The translations under genes were made by a program, and so were the position numbers. The notes beneath the pieces were generated by a model that was not told where the DNA came from, did not search any database, and was given only the letters and a program-made list of their open reading frames with translations. A stretch of DNA of 63,955 bases, filler included, from Blastocystis sp. subtype 4 (taxonomy: Eukaryota): assembly GCF_000743755.1 (NCBI RefSeq). It is 5 parts of 5 records of this genome, joined end to end, with 100 filler letters (N's around TTAATTAATTAA, not from the genome) between each part and the next. Parts side by side here need not be neighbours in the genome. Positions count along the whole stretch, not along the records: positions 13,956 to 27,799 come from NW_014569270.1; positions 27,900 to 41,688 come from NW_014569269.1; 3 more parts are not named here. One strand, written 5' to 3'. This document shows positions 27,155-39,817 of this stretch, in pieces; position 1 is the first letter of the stretch, and every line of letters begins with the position of its first letter.

Positions 27155-27799
27155 TTTGGATAACAATTTCTACGTTTCAAGACCTAAAGAATGATCTACA
27201 GCACTTTTCACACAAGCAACTCCATTTGATTCATACCCTTCTTGACAATATGCATGAACTCCGCTACAGGTTCCGTTAATCAAACAAGGACGGCAATCTA
27301 CTCATTAGTGCATTTTTCCATTTGAACCTTTCTTATTTTCTTGATCACAGTAGGGAAGAGGATATAGGAGAATGGAACACGATAACAAGACAATCAGAAG
27401 GATTAATACAAGATTCCTAGTTATCAAAATGAGAATTAGATTATCTACACTATTCGAATGGAAAGTGCCATCATTACAAAACCTATATGAATCTCTTTGT
27501 TTCATTCCAGGCTATTCTATCTCCTATGTTCTATTCTAATCGTTTCATTATATCCATTCTATCTCAAATCCGCTTGCTTCTTCAAAATCAGTCAAGGCAA
27601 TTCGTTCTTAATAATCAAGAATACCACTAAACATCTCTTCTAGCCTTTCGTGAGCAATACATTCTTACACAGAACTCTATTCAGAATGGTTGTGAAGTAA
27701 GTGGATTGAACTTGTGGTTTTGTACGAATTGGAGTCGATTGGATGTCCATTGCTCACTCTTTGTAGAACACTGACTTGTTCCTTCTCAGAGTACAAGAT

Positions 27800-27899
27800 N
27801 NNNNNNNNNNNNNNNNNNNNNNNNNNNNNNNNNNNNNNNNNNNTTAATTAATTAANNNNNNNNNNNNNNNNNNNNNNNNNNNNNNNNNNNNNNNNNNNN
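27800..27899. other. Artificial contig spacer
   Basis: N44-TTAATTAATTAA-N44. Confidence 0.97.
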
Positions 27900-29489
27900 C
27901 ATAGGAATTATCGAGGGATCACATTAGCTTCATTACTCATATTTTATAAGAATATTCTCTTTACTCTGATTCAATATCTCTATACATTCATATGTGGTCT
28001 TTCAGGTACTCGAAATCAATCTTATATTGCGATATTCTGGTATAATACTGCTCTTACTGCATTTGGACCGTTGTTGCTGGCTATATTTGATCGTGATCTT
28101 TCTGATACTAATTGTTATCGTTTCCCTCAGATTCATAGACAAGGAATCGAACATCGTTTGTTCTCTGTGAAACAGTTCTTAGTGTATTTGTTGAAAGCAA
28201 TTTGGGAAGCTGTGGCGATATTCACAGTCCTCGTATGTGGTATGGCAAAGATTGACTTTCCTGTTGGAACCGTGGGAGTATGGATGTTTGGATTGATTGC
28301 TGTGACAGTGAATATTATGGTTGCTAATCTCAGTGCTTCAATTGAACAAAGTACGATGTACTGGCTATCCATTGTTGCTTTTTGGGGCACATTCATTTTC
28401 TGGCTGATTTTGGTTTTCTCAATATCTCGTTCTTATTCTCTTCAACCTCTCTATTACTACTCAGTTGATTTGTTACTGGGAAATGGATACTGTGTGTTAC
28501 TAATGATTCTGGCAGTCGTTGTGGCCATTCTACCAACAATGATTGTGAAGGCGTTGAAACGGGAATGTCGACCTACTCTGAGTCAGTTCATTCAGGACGT
28601 TCAAGTGAGAGATGCTGATCCTCAGATGGTAAAGAAGGCATTAGAGGATATGGAGAAGAAGAGGTCGTTAGAATTGGAACTAAAGACTATGAAGAGCATA
28701 CCACAAGAAGCAAAAATGCCTGAACTAATGGTCATGAGCGAAGAAGCTCTGATTTCAGCACATGGAGAAGAGGCGATGAAAGTGGAAGAAACTAAAGGAA
28801 CAGATGATAAGCCAATAAGCCCATATGCATTGATGAAGACAGGAAATGCTCAACGATCGATTCGATCAATGGCTGGACTACGAGCTCTCACAGTATGTAG
28901 TCAGCTTCATGGTCCTTCATATGATTCACAGTCAATTAATTCGGAGGCCCAAAATGAGTTGATCAGTAAGATTAATAGTCATAATTGGAGATCAAGTCAA
29001 CCTGATCTAATGGTCTCATTGAAGTCGACCTTGCGAGAAGCAACACCTTTGAATCTGATTCGAAAAGTGTCAGATACGCTAAAGAAGGCAGACGAGAAGC
29101 CGAAAATGTTGTTAAGTGGAAAGAAGAAAATGGGACTAAGTGTTGTGACTGAGGAGGATGAGGAAGAAGAAGTGGTCGAAATGAAGAAGAATGAAGGAAT
29201 GAGAGAAGTGGATATGAGCAGTATTGAGATTGATGTGAAGAGTGAAGAGATGGAGGAGAAGGAAGGACTGACCTATCGAGACCATTCCATGAACACACCA
29301 ACCTCGATACAGATTGAATCGTCTGTATCTGTTGATGTTTCCTCATCTGTTCCTATTGATACTTCTATTCCTATCAATACACCAACACCTACAGAATCAG
29401 AGTCACTTTCTCCCAATCCTGAGATAGTACCACTCTATCCAGATATGTTATCTCTAGATCCATTAATAAATAAAAGAACACAGAAGTAG
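27900..29489 (+). CDS. P4-type ATPase (phospholipid flippase), C-terminal part, 5' truncated
   Basis: HRNYRGI..LIFYKN, YTFICGLSG and WYNTALTAFGPLLLAIFDRD, followed by TM helices and a long low-complexity tail. Confidence 0.85.
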   Translation, partial: HRNYRGITLASLLIFYKNILFTLIQYLYTFICGLSGTRNQSYIAIFWYNTALTAFGPLLLAIFDRDLSDTNCYRFPQIHRQGIEHRLFSVKQFLVYLLKAIWEAVAIFTVLVCGMAKIDFPVGTVGVWMFGLIAVTVNIMVANLSASIEQSTMYWLSIVAFWGTFIFWLILVFSISRSYSLQPLYYYSVDLLLGNGYCVLLMILAVVVAILPTMIVKALKRECRPTLSQFIQDVQVRDADPQMVKKALEDMEKKRSLELELKTMKSIPQEAKMPELMVMSEEALISAHGEEAMKVEETKGTDDKPISPYALMKTGNAQRSIRSMAGLRALTVCSQLHGPSYDSQSINSEAQNELISKINSHNWRSSQPDLMVSLKSTLREATPLNLIRKVSDTLKKADEKPKMLLSGKKKMGLSVVTEEDEEEEVVEMKKNEGMREVDMSSIEIDVKSEEMEEKEGLTYRDHSMNTPTSIQIESSVSVDVSSSVPIDTSIPINTPTPTESESLSPNPEIVPLYPDMLSLDPLINKRTQK

Positions 29490-29521
29490 TATATTTGTTA
29501 TAACAAACAATTCAAATGAAA

Positions 29522-30877
29522 CTAAATAGGCAAGGATTCAGGAGGTAGATCGGAAGTCACCGAAGGTAACACCAAAGAACCAGAACCATCCTTACTACTT
29601 GCAGATTCCAACCGTTGAGCAGCAGACATAATCGCATTCAATCCAGATGCTTCAGACTGAGTAGGATCTGTGGTAGTTTGGATAGTTTCTGAAGTATTTG
29701 TTGAATTGGACACAGAGTTATAGACTTCATCCGAGATCCGAAGATTCAATGCTTCTTCAATTATATCCTTTGGGATTTGTCTATATTCAATCCATCTATT
29801 CTTCCCATACGATCGAATAAAAGTTTGAAGTAGACAATTTGCTATCGGAGTTTCAAGACGGTTGATGTCATCATATCCCAATTCTGTTAATACCGAATCA
29901 CTACTTTTCAATTGATAGTTTTTACTGATTTTAATATATACTTCTGAATAGTTTGCGTCTGTTTCCATCAACATTCGAGAAGAAGAATCTGTGGACAATA
30001 CAAGCAAAGGAAGCGGAAATTCGCCAATCTCTGTAATTCACATTACCCAATGGAGTTCTACCATCAACACGCGATTTCAGTCCTAAGATTCCTCCTGGAG
30101 ACATACCGCCAAAATCTGAATTCTATTGATTACACGAAATGAATGAGAGACTACAGCAGAAGGGATCGAAGTTGATTTAGCCCCTCCACGCTTCATCATA
30201 CGCAAATACTCCAAGCCAACTGCCTATTCCTAATCCAATTTAAATTTATGGACTCTTTTAATTAGACGTATTAGCGAGACACGCTTATCAATCAAATCTC
30301 GACCCAGTTTCCCTATTCCTGACCCGAGTTCACAAATCCTACGCTTGATTGCACTAGAATTATCTGGCTGTGGAATAGAAGGCCTTCCCATCCAAATGAA
30401 CGTTTTACCTCGCTTTTCAGCCAATCCAACAGCATGAATCACACTGAGAGCATCATAGACACGTCTTCGAATATTATCATTCTATAAGTCAGTGCGAATG
30501 GAAAGAGCAACTTTTTTTGGATCACCTGTTGTGTGTTCCTTTACTAACATATCAGCAATCTATTCAAGTTAAGATTAGACAGAAATTCTACTTCGGTGTT
30601 TGAGATTTCCCGCTCTTGCTCCAACTTTTCACAAACATACTTCGTATAGGTCTGAAGGCCTCCACCAATTCCTTTTTCTCGTTTAGGCCGTTTAGGATTT
30701 CGTTGCTCTTCAAACCTATCAAGGTAACTCTCAAGACTAGGGAATTACAGATCAATCGGGTCGATTGCTTCTTCCTCTGAACCAACAAACACTTCTAGAG
30801 CTGATCTGTAACTTCCGAGTCTTACCTGGGTCTGTATCCTCACGCGAACGTTTCGAACTCGAAGTTTTTTCACTCAT
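29522..30877 (-). CDS. TFDP: Transcription factor DP (E2F dimerisation partner)
   Basis: GGGLQTYTKYVCEKLE..EIADMLV and NIRRRVYDALSVIHAVGLAEKRGKTFIWMG. Confidence 0.85.
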
Positions 30878-31086
30878 GGCCAGATCTACTCAATGCCAAC
30901 CTCGAATTGAGATAAGTTCGTTTGCGCCATTTTGCGCCAGATGAAAGGAACCGCACAACAAATCTGACGGAGATAATGAAAAGATAACTTGTTGAAACAC
31001 AAGGTGTCCAATGTGTTCTAGTCACTCACACCTAATGTGGATGGGATGTTTCGAAAACAGTAGAAAAGAAATATGATTGCAATTAC

Positions 31087-31752
31087 TTAATGCTCCATCT
31101 CGCTCCGAGGAACTGGATCCGGGAGAACTTTACTCTTCTTCAAGTAGCGATCATTCACAGTGGGTCCAATACCTTGATATCCACGGCTACAATCAAGTTA
31201 ATACACTAGACGTACCATGACTCCAGAATTGATGCAATCGCTCCCATAAAGAAGGTCAGCTTGAGGAAATCAGGAACATTTCCACGCTATAGATAATCCA
31301 TACAAGTGATACAATACAGAAATACCAGCAATAGCACCTGCACCGGCTCCTGAAACGAAATATGTCCACCAATCATTCTTTTGACGAAGGGCATACTATT
31401 CCTAAGAAAGCACACACAAACAACTACCATCCAACTTCCCATTCCCTCATATGCCACTCCACAAAGGGCCAGAATAGCCTAATCGTTAAACTCCGCAAAC
31501 GAAACCGTTACAGCAGGACGAAGGATCATTTTAGTGGACTGACCAATTGTCTTCGGACGAACTACACAATGAGAGAAAATGACGAGGATCTCACTATCAG
31601 GTCTGTAAGGAGCCACAACCCAAACAGTGCTCACACCTCCAAAGAAAGAACCAATACAGAGACCGCTCCACTAGCAAATTAGACCAGTTCAACACAAATA
31701 CAAAACCACGAGTGATTCGCCTCTTGTAATCACTGTCATCAGTTGGTTTCAT
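31087..31752 (-). CDS. Tim17/Tim22/NDUFA11-family small membrane protein
   Basis: Spliced G-rich helices and YALRQKNDWWTYFVSGAGAGAIAG (R.K.D.WN..GG motif). Confidence 0.6.
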
Positions 31753-31877
31753 CGTTGCTTTAAATCGCTCCCAGCAGCGCATCTTCGAAGAAGTCTTAGA
31801 TGATGATATTTAGCCTTGTTCGTCTCAAACGACCAGTGGTTCTTGATGATCAAGGGCCAATATCCAACAAACAGAAT

Positions 31878-33540
31878 AACAAACGATACTACTATCTGCA
31901 TTCTCTTTCTTCATTTTCTCCACCAAAGACCCCTTTTCAACATTTGTAGAAGGAGAAACCCATATCAGTAGAAGGGAACCAAGGAGGGAAATGGCACCAA
32001 GAATATAAAACGTGAGATATGGACTGACTAATCCATGAGTAGGCTGTCTACATGTCCAGCTGTAAAGTGCAGAGAACAGAATCGGCCCCTTATAATAATA
32101 TAAAAGTAATAGAAGATACAAGACATCGCGTCACTCCAGCAATCGTCTCACATGCTCCCATGATGACTCCTCTCATTTCATTGTAAGCAACATTGGAGAA
32201 TAGAATCATAGTAACACTAGAACTCATTCCCGACCCAAAGAGTCACTTCATGATCACCATTACCACAAAGGAAGAAACCACATTGTATGCAACTAAAACA
32301 CAATAAATTACCTATAGATAAGAAACTCAACAATATACATACCACATCACTCTGATTATACAGTTGCGCTATCAAAGGATACAGGACACAGCAAATGCCA
32401 TAAATAAGAGATGAAAACCCGAAGATATCCTTGTACAACATCAATTTACCAAGATATGGCACGATTAGAATAATCAGCAATTGAAATGGAGCCATCATAC
32501 TAGATATGGTCGAAACTCCCTCGCTATTCATGCTAAATCCACCCATGGAATGGGGATTGGTAACAACCACTGAATACACTGTAGCATAGGATATGAATGA
32601 TAAATTCACCAGCGCTAGTTGTGAATGAGAATTAGAATGCAGTACTATAAGCAGTCACCAGAAGGAACGTGTTTCGTTCCATCAGCAGAGAGAATACGGT
32701 TGGTTTCTTGAATGATGGCTTGTCTAGAAGCGAAGCTTCTAGATCCTGTGACTCACTTTCAAGTCTAGCCAGATCCTTGGCATGACTATTCAATCGTTCA
32801 GCTTTTGGCAATGTTTCTTTGCATAAGAAGATCACAAGGATGGTAATGATAGCAAAAACAATGGAAACAATCAGTAAAGGGAACAAGTATGGATGATCCC
32901 GGAAAATGGGGAAGCGATCCACAATAGGTTGAATGTATTCTTCTTTATTTAAGTATCCTCCAATTAGAGGACCAATAAGACTAGAATGAAAAGTGAGAAT
33001 AATGCCAACCCGCCGATGGAACTTCCAATAAAGAAGAGACCACTTACAAAAGCGATGTTGTTTCGATTCGCAATTTCAGCTTGAATTGTTTTGGAAATGG
33101 GAATGGTTCCATCGATAAGACCATGAATTATACGGATCACAAGAGCTAGCTTGATACGATCACAGAACCCAAAAGCAATAATACACACAATGTTCACTAT
33201 TCATAATTGTTGAGTCGAAATCGGACAGACTAGAGTAATAATTATAGATGGTTTTCTTCCAATTCGATCCGCAATCCATCCCCATACAATTGAGCCGACG
33301 ACTGACCCTAAAAAGAAGGCAGTTGTCATAAGAGCAATATATGTACTAATCATTGCTTCATCAATCTACATCTAATTGGAAAAGAGTTCACTTTACCTCA
33401 TCTTTATACGAACGAATAATAAATGGAAAGTTTGGCGCAAGAAGAGTATTATATAGAGACCAAACAAATGATATCATAATGCACGATATCACAGTTCCTT
33501 TATGAAGCGGTTTCGAGACAGCATCCGAATTGATGTTCAT
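31878..33540 (-). CDS. MFS transporter (ZIFL/DHA1-like); stop predicted by poly(A)
   Basis: Motif A WGWIADRIGRKP, plus RIIHGLIDG, FRDHPYLFP..KETL and GGFSM. Confidence 0.85.
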
Positions 33541-33854
33541 GGTACAGACTACGAATAATATGTTTACCTTGGATTTCACTAAATCGAAGTGGCTAGATAA
33601 TTACAAATGAAGTAACTAGAAATATAGACACCCATTGGTGTTTTCACGTGTCCTACACGGGAATAGTTCATTATTTGGGGGAACAGAGACAGAGTGGCGG
33701 AATGTTCTTCGAATTCTTTTAAGTGCGTTCTTTGTTCGTTCTTTGTACTAACTTCTTTAATACTCTGATGATAACCTGCTGCACATATATGGGATGAAGG
33801 AACCCATTAGGTGGATGTGTAAACTGTTCTTTCAAATATGTTCATTGTGAGAGG

Positions 33855-36800
33855 ATGAATGGTGATAATCCTGCTAGTATTGTTCAAGTCGGCATTTCTT
33901 TAGACTATAGAGCCACCGAATCGGCCTAAACGATCTTCACTTGTCGTTCGTAAGAAAGCGATTGATATGAGAAGAATTCGGACCTTAGGAAAGGATAACA
34001 TCGATTCAGCCTTCACAGGAAGTGCACGAAGTGTGTATGTCGTAACAATTCGTTCTGATAGTACAGCCTTTCTTCTTTAGGAGTGCAGGTTCTTGATTCG
34101 GAGGAAGTTGAAAAGAATGTGATACAGCAAGCTGTAACCATCTCAGAACAGCAAACTCCCGAGTTTCAAGAACGTCAAGCATTTGTGCATTCTTTTACGA
34201 CTAGTGAAAGTCTTGTGCACTGTCTCATTGCCGCCAACTTCCTTGAAAACGTTAAATCGGATCCAACTGAGTAACAATGAAGAGCTTTCCAAAATTGCGA
34301 ATTCCTCGGAAGATGGGCTGTTTCTTCTTCGGACTAGATTGCGTCTGCGTCAGCAAATGTTGCGGTCTGCTATTCAAAAGAAGGAGGAAGAGATTACAAA
34401 ACGGCGTTTGGAAGAGATGACAAGGAAGCAAAAAAGAGAGGGAACTGAAGTTGTCATTCCTCGAAAGAAGACAAGGATTGTGGATAAGAGTGTTGTTGAA
34501 GAACAGAATATGGACCAATCAGAAGTAGTAGACGAGAATGTCAAAGATGTGGTAACAGAGTCTGTGAAGGCGATGCCAGCACTGAATGAGAGTGAAAACA
34601 TGGATACTCATCAGATCCCTCTCCATCAGATTCAATCACCGCTTAATCACCCTGTCCATCCTGTAGCAGATACAGAATCTCAACAGGAATGCTGTCCGAT
34701 TTGTGGTGTCCCCTTCTCTGATGATATGAATCTCACTCAGCGAACTCGTCATGTGGAGAAGTGTCTCAATCACCAACAACATCCTGTTTCCAAATCCACT
34801 CCTCCTCCTCCACCTAGTGATGATGAACTGTGGGAAAAAGAGAGTGATCATGATCGACCTCGAAGTCAAATTGATGTTCGTACTACCCACGGGAAACGAG
34901 TATTAATTGATGATGGAGATGATCGTTTCTATCGTTCTCTTGTGTATCAGTATCTCCTTTGGAGAGAAGCTGAACGTAACAGTACAAAGGAATCCCAATC
35001 CTATTATGACAAATATCAGGAACAGGCATCTGTAATGAATGAATGGACTGCATCGGGTAACATTCCTTCCTCCACACAACTGCAAGCTGCACTCAAGGAG
35101 TATTACCAGAAAGAGCCTGCTTATCTGTTGGCTTCAGGTTGTTTGATCCCTCGTCATCTCTTTGACACACTGTATCCTTATCAACGGGAAGGAGTTCGAT
35201 GGATTTTGAATCTCCATCAACAACAAGTTGGGGGAATTTTGGCTGACGAAATGGGGCTGGGAAAAACTATCCAAATTGTGGCTGCACTTATCGCTCTCAA
35301 ATTCTCGTGGGAAGCAAAGTGTTGTGGTCGCGACTTTCAATCATCGCCCCGCGGGGATGAAGGTGAGCTGGATGATCAACCTGCCACACTTAACAGCCTT
35401 CGTCTCTCCTCCATTCTCGTAGTCCCGGCAACACTACTTGGTCACTGGATGCGAGAACTACGTTGCTGGTGTCCACTTCTCCGAGCTGTGGTAATTCACA
35501 GTTTGAGTGAGACAATGACTGAAGGTACGAGTCTGTCGATGATCCTGACTCAGTGTCGTGTGAAGCATCGTTATGATATTGTGATGACTACATATGAGGG
35601 TTTACGATCATCTGTTCTCTATCAGAAACAAGACTGGTTTTACGCTATATTGGATGAAGGAGGAAAGATCAAAAATAGCAAAGTGACTATCTCACAGACA
35701 TGTAGACGGTTGCGTACGGTTCATCGGTTGCTTATCTCTGGTACACCTCTTCAGAACAATCTTAAGGAGTTATGGTCGTTGTTTGACTTTGTGTATCCTG
35801 GTCGATTGGGTACACAAGAAGCATTTGTGTCTACATATGTCATTCCAATAAACAAAGGTATTTATTCGAATGCTTCTCTTCAACAGTCTCAGTTAGGATA
35901 TCAGATGTCACTAATGCTTCAAGATACAATCAATCCATTCATTTTGAGACGACTCAAACGTGTATTCAAATAGACAGAGAATGAATTCTAGGAAGTGAAG
36001 AGTGAATTACCTCCAAAAACAGAACAAGTCTTATCATGTCTGTTGACACCCTTACAAGAGGATCGTTATTTGAACTATCTCCAAAGTGAACAAGTCCAAG
36101 CATCATTGCTTGGTCATGTAATGCCTTTCAAAGCCATTGTTCGTTTACGTCAAATATGTAACCATCCAGTGTTTTATCAGGGTTGTCATGAGTCTGGTTC
36201 AACCACTATCAAACCTCATGGTGAGTTAGTTCTTCATGCTTCTGATGGTATGTACGTTATAGAGGAATACAAGAGAATGAGAAAGACCCCACATTCAACA
36301 ATAGAGAAAGAAGAGGAGGATAATTGGATTGATTATGAGAATGTTGATTGGAGAGAATCTTGTAAGATGGTCGTGTTAAATGAAATTCTTCATATTTGGA
36401 AGCAAGAACAACACAAAGTTTTGGTTTACACTCAAACAATCAGTATGTTGCGAATTATACAAAAGTATGTCGAAGAACAAGTAGAACCTAAATAAATGGC
36501 ATGAATGATAGGGATTTCGGTATTGTCGAATGGATGGAAGTACGCCTATTTCTAAGAGACAAGCATTGGTCGATATGTTTAATTCTCGATCAGATATCTT
36601 CCTTTTTCTACTAACTACACGTGTAGGTGGACTTGGACTGAATCTGGCTGGAGCAGATCGAGTGATTCTGTTCGATCCGGACTGGAATCCTTCTGTGGAC
36701 ATTCAAGCAAGAGAGCGATGTTGGCGAATTGGCCAGAAACGTCCCGTGACTGTGTATCGATTGATCACAAGTGGAACAATCGAAGAGAAGATTTATCACA

Positions 36801-37789
36801 GACAGATTTTTAAAACAGTATTGTCAAATCGTGTGTTGGGGGAAGGTCATGACTTGTGTTCATTCACAAGCACCAATCTAAATGATCTGTTCACATATTG
36901 TAGGAATGATGAGTGTGATTCATTGTAGCTAAGCGAGACAAAGGAACGGAAACAGGAGAAATCTTTCCTCAAGGTGAGATCCTTCCAAATGATTCGTTAG
37001 AAGAGGGAGAAGTGAGATCAATTGAATCCAATTCAGATAGAAAAATGGACTCACGTGTTCATGCAGAGATCACAGAAGCAAGTGATGAAGAGGAGAAGGA
37101 GGAAGATTTGACAGATGATCAAAAAGTTATTTCGTGTCTGTTCAACAAGGGTGAGCTGAAATCTGTCTTCAATCATGATTACGCATTCAATAATACGGAT
37201 GTGGTAACTATGTCTCGTTTGGATCGAGAAGCCAGAGAAGAAGCAGAAGAGTTACAGAGACAATTGCGTGAATCTCGAAGGCAGTATATGTACTATGTGA
37301 GAGGAGTAAGTGAGGTGTAGAGAAGATAATCCATTACCATTTATGACAGATGGAAGATTCAGTAGTGATAATGCCAAGCAACGTGAAGCTGTAAATGAGA
37401 TTAAAGATGATGATCTATAGAAAGTATCTTCTGCTGATATCCTACAGCGAATGAAGGATAGACAGCGATGTAAGTATTTGAGAAAGAATCTGATGTAGAT
37501 GGAAACGAGCCAAATGAAGGCAAATCTGTATCCTCTGTACATTATTCTGTTGGAGATAGTAGTTGAAATGAAAAATAGATGGCAAATGAACTATTACACT
37601 ACTTTCGAGTCCGTAAGGGTCATTGTGCCTCAACTGATACAATCTTGAGTTATTTCTCCAAGTGGGAGTAAACTTGTTCTTTGAGAACTAGACGAGTAAA
37701 GAATGAAGATAAATATGTGTTCCGAAGATTACTTCGAGGATTCGCTACTCTAAAGGATGATATTTGGACCTTGAAGAAGGACTGGTTAT
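33855..37789 (+). CDS. ERCC6: SNF2-family ATPase CSB/ERCC6/Rad26 with an N-terminal UBZ-like finger
   Basis: [69 protein letters not shown] and [11 protein letters not shown], with a C-terminal FRRLLR..WTLK. End is 37789 (poly(A)) or 37803 (genomic TAG). Start is approximate. Confidence 0.92.
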
Positions 37790-37831
37790 TGGATATTTGT
37801 TAGTCACAGGAAACATGTTCACTAGATAGTC

Positions 37832-38337
37832 TTACATAATTTTCTCAATGATACGAGACTCACGAAGATCATCAACATCAAAGGCATCAATGATCTTTGA
37901 GCCCACCAACTTCGAATGGAAGGCCTTCTTACTAGAAGAGAAAACCACTTTCTGCTTCACACTGCAGTTATCTGGAGTCCTAGTTATTAGTTCCACTCAT
38001 CAGTCCTCACCAAGTGATGAAGAGAAGATCAGCATGCTTTCTCTTCTCATCGTCAGTGTATTCGAAGTCGAAAACCACGAAACGAGGCTCATAAGCAGGA
38101 AGAGAATCGATCATTTGTTCCCAAGTATCCTCTCTGGCACCCTACTTGTCAATTGTTCAATGAACCATTACTTCTCTTTCCTTCACGATCGTTTCCACTC
38201 CGTCAATCTTTTCAATGTTGAAGACAATGTATCTGCAATATTTGCGCAGTCTCAACTTGTCGTAAAGGAGGGGGCATTCGTCAGTGCATGTAATTCCAGA
38301 CTACAAGATAACATCTATTCGTAGCTATCAATACCAT
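37832..38337 (-). CDS. ADF/cofilin
   Basis: MSGITCTDEC..RYIVFNI..LPAYEPRFVVFDFEY..LLFITWTPDNCSVKQKVVFSSSK. Confidence 0.93.
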
Positions 38338-38566
38338 GGTTTTTCTCGCACAAGGCTATTTGAAAAGAATATGGATAACATGTCTCTCACATGTTCAGTG
38401 TGACCGGTTGAATACCCAGCATGATTATTAAGGAATAAGTATCTCCATTTCCATTTTTTTAGATATCCTTACTAGTGATAGATATGGTAAACAAACACAT
38501 AAAGCATAGCTAAAATGCAACAAAGAAAAAGAAACCACACCAAAAAAGAAATGAAGCAATTTCCAA

Positions 38567-39670
38567 TCAAGTCTCTAATTGATCTTCTCGTGATTCTTGC
38601 CATGCTTTTGCAAATAAACGAACATCCTAGAAAGAAATTCAAATTCTCATTCCTACATCTTTAGAAGCTAAATACTCAAGAAATGGAATCATTGCTGTGA
38701 GTTCTCGGTCCTCAGGATCATCAATAAAAGCTGAACACTCTATCCCATTGCGAGGCTGAAATTTGAAACTCTGAGCAGCGTTGTCAATTATAATAACAGA
38801 CTTCAGATCACGTCCAAGTAATCCCAAGTCCTTGACAAAAATGCCTTCAGAAAGAACACAATGGTCCCGAAATAAACGAGTAGCGATTAAATGGTCTGGA
38901 TCCATCTGATCAAGCAATGGATCAGCATACTAGAAATAAAAGAAATCACGATCATTCACAATTCTCAAACTAGCAGTGTATACAACAATCTCATAAAACT
39001 TGCTCATTCGCTGAATGAACTCAAGAGCACCAGGACGGAGATAAACATATACATTGTACAAAGTCTCTTCAATCTCCACAGGAATCACATAAGTACAATC
39101 TTCAACCTCTTGGAAAGTTGAATGGACAAGGGTTTCATCCAAATCCAACACTAATGTCTTCTTTCCCTTGTCTTCTATTCGCTGCTCTCCTAGAAAAGGT
39201 CCAGAAAGAGGCTCAACAGTTATCCCATATTCTTCTACACTCGTTGGAGAAGTGACAGAAAGAAGTGGATCAGTCATTGCATTACCCGAGGCCTCTGTTA
39301 TTTCCTCACAAAAGCAACAAATACAGGATAGTATCCTATCCCAAAACTACATAATAGAAGAATAAAATAAATACACTCAGTTTTTGAATCCGAGAACTCA
39401 CTCCCTTCTCTTCTTCTTCCTCGCAAATTGTCGGCAACGGTGTCATCTTCAAACTCCCATCTTCTTCTACTGAATAAATGGCATCTTTGAGTTCGGAGTG
39501 AACCTTCGTCTTGTCCAATGATACAGGAATGTGTGTAGTCTCCGTACGTGCAAAAATAATAGGGTTCTGAGCCATATCAGGAGGCACTAACAGAATGACA
39601 AAGAATAATCAAAGGTACATGTTTCTACATCTACATCGCTTGCTCTTCTAGAAGATCCTTGCAAGTTCAT
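38567..39670 (-). CDS. Small CTD phosphatase (SCP/CTDSP, NIF family HAD)
   Basis: KKTLVLDLDETLVHS, YVYLRPG, RLFRDHC and VKDLGLLGRDL..VIIIDN. Confidence 0.92.
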
Positions 39671-39817
39671 TCAACTATGCTTGTTTAGCAAGTTGCATAT
39701 TGCTAGGAAAAATGGTACTACTTCTGGAATTCCATTTTGAGTAGTTTGGGGACCCCAATTCTACTTTATCCAGATACTTTTTGTACACTGGTTTTAAATT
39801 TCTGGAAGTGGTTGAAA

